60,344 nucleotides of DNA from Nanobdellota archaeon (GTDB lineage: Archaea; Nanobdellota; Nanobdellia; Pacearchaeales; GW2011-AR1). Position 1 is the stretch's first letter, and every line of letters begins with the position of its first letter. Below, one piece after another: positions 57,628 through 60,344 of the stretch. Below the pieces are notes generated by a model that was not told the DNA's origin, did not search any database, and saw nothing but the letters and a program-made list of their open reading frames with translations. Both the position numbers and the translations under genes were made by a program. The DNA lies in assembly GCA_038045945.1 (NCBI GenBank), contig JBBSXC010000005.1, positions 1-60,344 on the forward strand. Direction: 5' to 3'.

Positions 57628-57702
57628 GATTAATCAATAGAAAAAATTCTTTATATAGCTTATGATAAGAAATTTTAATAACCCATAAGAAGCCCTATAA
57701 CA

Positions 57703-58569
57703 ATGAGCAATAAAAGAATCGACAATACCATAATGAATTATGGTGAAATTGCAAAAAAGTATCCTCTTTTATCTAAAGAGGACTTTAATGACCATCACTC
57801 AAGGATGAAAAAAGGTGATAGGCACTGCCCAGAAAAAGAATTACTTCTCCTTTCAAACTTGAGACTTGTGATGAAGATTGCTAACGGATATCATCACTTT
57901 AACCCCTCAGGAGATATTAATGAAATAATACAAAACGGACTCATAGGTTTAGATACCGGAATTGAAAGATATGACCCATCAAGAGGTTTTCAACCAAGCA
58001 CTTATCTATCATGGTGGATAAAAAGATCTATAATAAAAACATTCAAAGATGAAAGTAGAACTATAAGAACACCGTTACATGTTTACGAAAAATTATCTAA
58101 GTATAAGAAATTTTTGGAAGATTTTACGCAAAAAAATAATAGGGATCCAAGAAGGGAAGAAATTGAGGAAGCTGATAAAGAAGATGAGGGAGTATACTTA
58201 GGGTATATAGCATACCAAACAAGCCACGTCATCTCTATTCATAGTACAAAAGAAAGAAATGGTGATGAAAGCGGATTTGAAGACGAATTAAGATGGGATG
58301 GTCCAGGGCCTGTTGAGAGAATTATTGAAGGGAAAGAAAGCATCACTTTAGAATACCTTACTTCTGTTCTTCCACCAATCGAAAGGTTTGTAATAACTCA
58401 AAGATTCACCACTGACAAAACTTTAGAAGAAGTAGCTGCATCATTATATGAATCAAACAGTTATATACTTAACAGAGAAAAGCCATTATCAAGAGAGAGA
58501 ATAAGACAAATAGAAAAAAGGGCTTTAAAAATAATGAGTGAAAAATTAGAAACAAAAGTAGAAGTATAA
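57703..58569 (+). CDS. bacterial-type sigma-70 family RNA polymerase sigma factor homolog
   Basis: Region 1.2 YPLLSKE, 2.1 SNLRLVMKIA, 2.2 EIIQNGLIGL, 2.3-2.4 YDPSRGFQPSTYLSWWI, 3.0 SRTIRTPLHV and 4.2 TLEEVA...SRERIRQIEKRAL. Confidence 0.88.
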   Translation: MSNKRIDNTIMNYGEIAKKYPLLSKEDFNDHHSRMKKGDRHCPEKELLLLSNLRLVMKIANGYHHFNPSGDINEIIQNGLIGLDTGIERYDPSRGFQPSTYLSWWIKRSIIKTFKDESRTIRTPLHVYEKLSKYKKFLEDFTQKNNRDPRREEIEEADKEDEGVYLGYIAYQTSHVISIHSTKERNGDESGFEDELRWDGPGPVERIIEGKESITLEYLTSVLPPIERFVITQRFTTDKTLEEVAASLYESNSYILNREKPLSRERIRQIEKRALKIMSEKLETKVEV

Positions 58570-58578
58570 ACTTATTAT

Positions 58579-58911
58579 TTACCCAATCCTCTTACCATTT
58601 TCAACTTTTCTTTGCGGCTCAAGCAAAACTACTTCTTTGTTATCTCCGACAACACCCATAACTAAACACTCCGATAAAAAATTAGCGATTTGTTTAGGAG
58701 GAAAATTAACAACAGCAACGACTTGTTTACCAACCAAGTCATTTTTGGAGTAAATTTTTGTTATTTGAGCAGAAGACTTCATAACACCCAAGTCTTTGCC
58801 AAAATCAATAGTTAATTGGTAAGCAGGATTAACAGCTTTAGGAAAATCATTAACCTCTAAAATAGTGCCGACACGAATATCAACTTTAGTAAAATCATCC
58901 CAGGAAATCAT
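58579..58911 (-). CDS. csaA: CsaA tRNA-binding/export chaperone (OB fold)
   Basis: ISWDDFTKVDIRVGTI, IDFG, SSAQIT and VVNFPPKQIANFLSECLV.G. Confidence 0.9.
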   Translation of the reverse strand: MISWDDFTKVDIRVGTILEVNDFPKAVNPAYQLTIDFGKDLGVMKSSAQITKIYSKNDLVGKQVVAVVNFPPKQIANFLSECLVMGVVGDNKEVVLLEPQRKVENGKRIG

Positions 58912-58988
58912 AAAAAGAAAAAGCAGAATTGAGAATATAAAGATTATGTACACAAATTATTAAATACTAACTAAGAGAAGAACTAATT

Positions 58989-59342
58989 ATGAATAAGAAA
59001 ATAGCTTCTGGAATAATATCACTTGCAGCATTAGCAGCTTCTACAAGAGGCGTTTATGACATAACAGAAGTAGGGAAAATTTATGGGGCTAACCCAGAGA
59101 TAGGAGAATTATACACTTTAAGAGAAAAGGCCGATGAACTAAAGGGTTATAAAATTCTTGATGAAGCAAAAGAAAGAGTTAACCTGAGAATAAATGAACT
59201 AGAAGCAATACCAGGTTTATTAGAAAATGAGAAGGAATGGGAGGATGCAACTCATAGAGCACTAAGTTTTTTGGCGGGCGGAATATTATTAACAGCTTTC
59301 GGAGTCGCCACATGGAAATCTTCACCAAGAATACAAGTCTAG
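58989..59342 (+). CDS. hypothetical membrane protein
   Basis: Hydrophobic segments at both termini. Confidence 0.6.
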   Translation: MNKKIASGIISLAALAASTRGVYDITEVGKIYGANPEIGELYTLREKADELKGYKILDEAKERVNLRINELEAIPGLLENEKEWEDATHRALSFLAGGILLTAFGVATWKSSPRIQV

Positions 59343-59490
59343 ATAAAGGATTAGCAAGAGTGTGCCAATAACGCGATGAAGGCAGAGTAAGAACTTCTCA
59401 AATAAAAAATCTTGAAGAAATTTTTGTCTATTACCCCTAAAAAGTAACTGTAGAAAAATCGCATTTTATTATCAGAAAAACGACGAAACG

Positions 59491-59498
59491 TTTAAATA
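59491..59498 (+). promoter_or_regulatory. putative rRNA promoter TATA box
   Basis: CGAAACG-TTTAAATA (BRE plus TATA) at the head of the ~370-nt leader before the 16S gene. Confidence 0.5.
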
Positions 59499-59865
59499 GT
59501 CATTTTTGTCTGACTATTCATTAAAATGTTAACTGGAATGAGTGCCTTAACAACTGTATATCAGCTAAGGTATGATGTAGAGTAGTCATTCTAGTTAATA
59601 CAACAATTTTCTGATACAAAAATTATTTATTAATGATTATTTATCGATGATATGAGGTAAAAAAGAAATTTTTATTTTTTGTAAGTGACGAAATATAATT
59701 CTATTAACTTTAATGTTGTGTAATGTAGTACCGTTAAATTTCCAAATTTAAACGAGTATCGGAGAACGAGCTTTGCATTCACTCGAAAGAATAATTTTCG
59801 AGATTTTCAATAATAATTTAGTAGTGGATTTTAAACAACTCCAAGCAAATGAATCTGTGAATTAA

Positions 59866-60344
<479 letters not shown>

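Overview
This is a gene-dense, AT-rich archaeal chromosome segment. The divergent archaeal 16S rRNA, rpl35ae/uL16/uS2, Rpo6, the exosome-proteasome operon and many lineage-specific ORFs suggest a DPANN (Pacearchaeota/Woesearchaeota-like) genome; that taxonomy is inferred. Housekeeping content includes three intronless tRNAs (Gly-GCC, Val-TAC, Arg-TCG), gltX, proS, elp3, deoxyhypusine synthase, ppsA, eno, a P-type ATPase and the 5' part of the 16S rRNA gene. The main finding is an intact 5,774-bp cargo transposon at 38194-43967, with perfect 17-bp terminal inverted repeats and a perfect 9-bp target duplication. It encodes a SWIM-finger DDE transposase, a divergent RHH regulator, a single-chain Type IIG-like restriction-modification enzyme, a membrane-anchored PD-(D/E)xK nuclease and several small proteins, and it sits between pop5 and psmA. 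Other notable items are a bacterial-type sigma-70 factor gene in an archaeal context, an Elp3/Trm9-like wobble-uridine gene pair, an orphan ending in the SSB tail motif DDIPF, paralogous nucleotidyltransferase-HEPN-like proteins and tandem UVR-motif paralogs. All calls come from reading the sequence by eye; no database searches were run.
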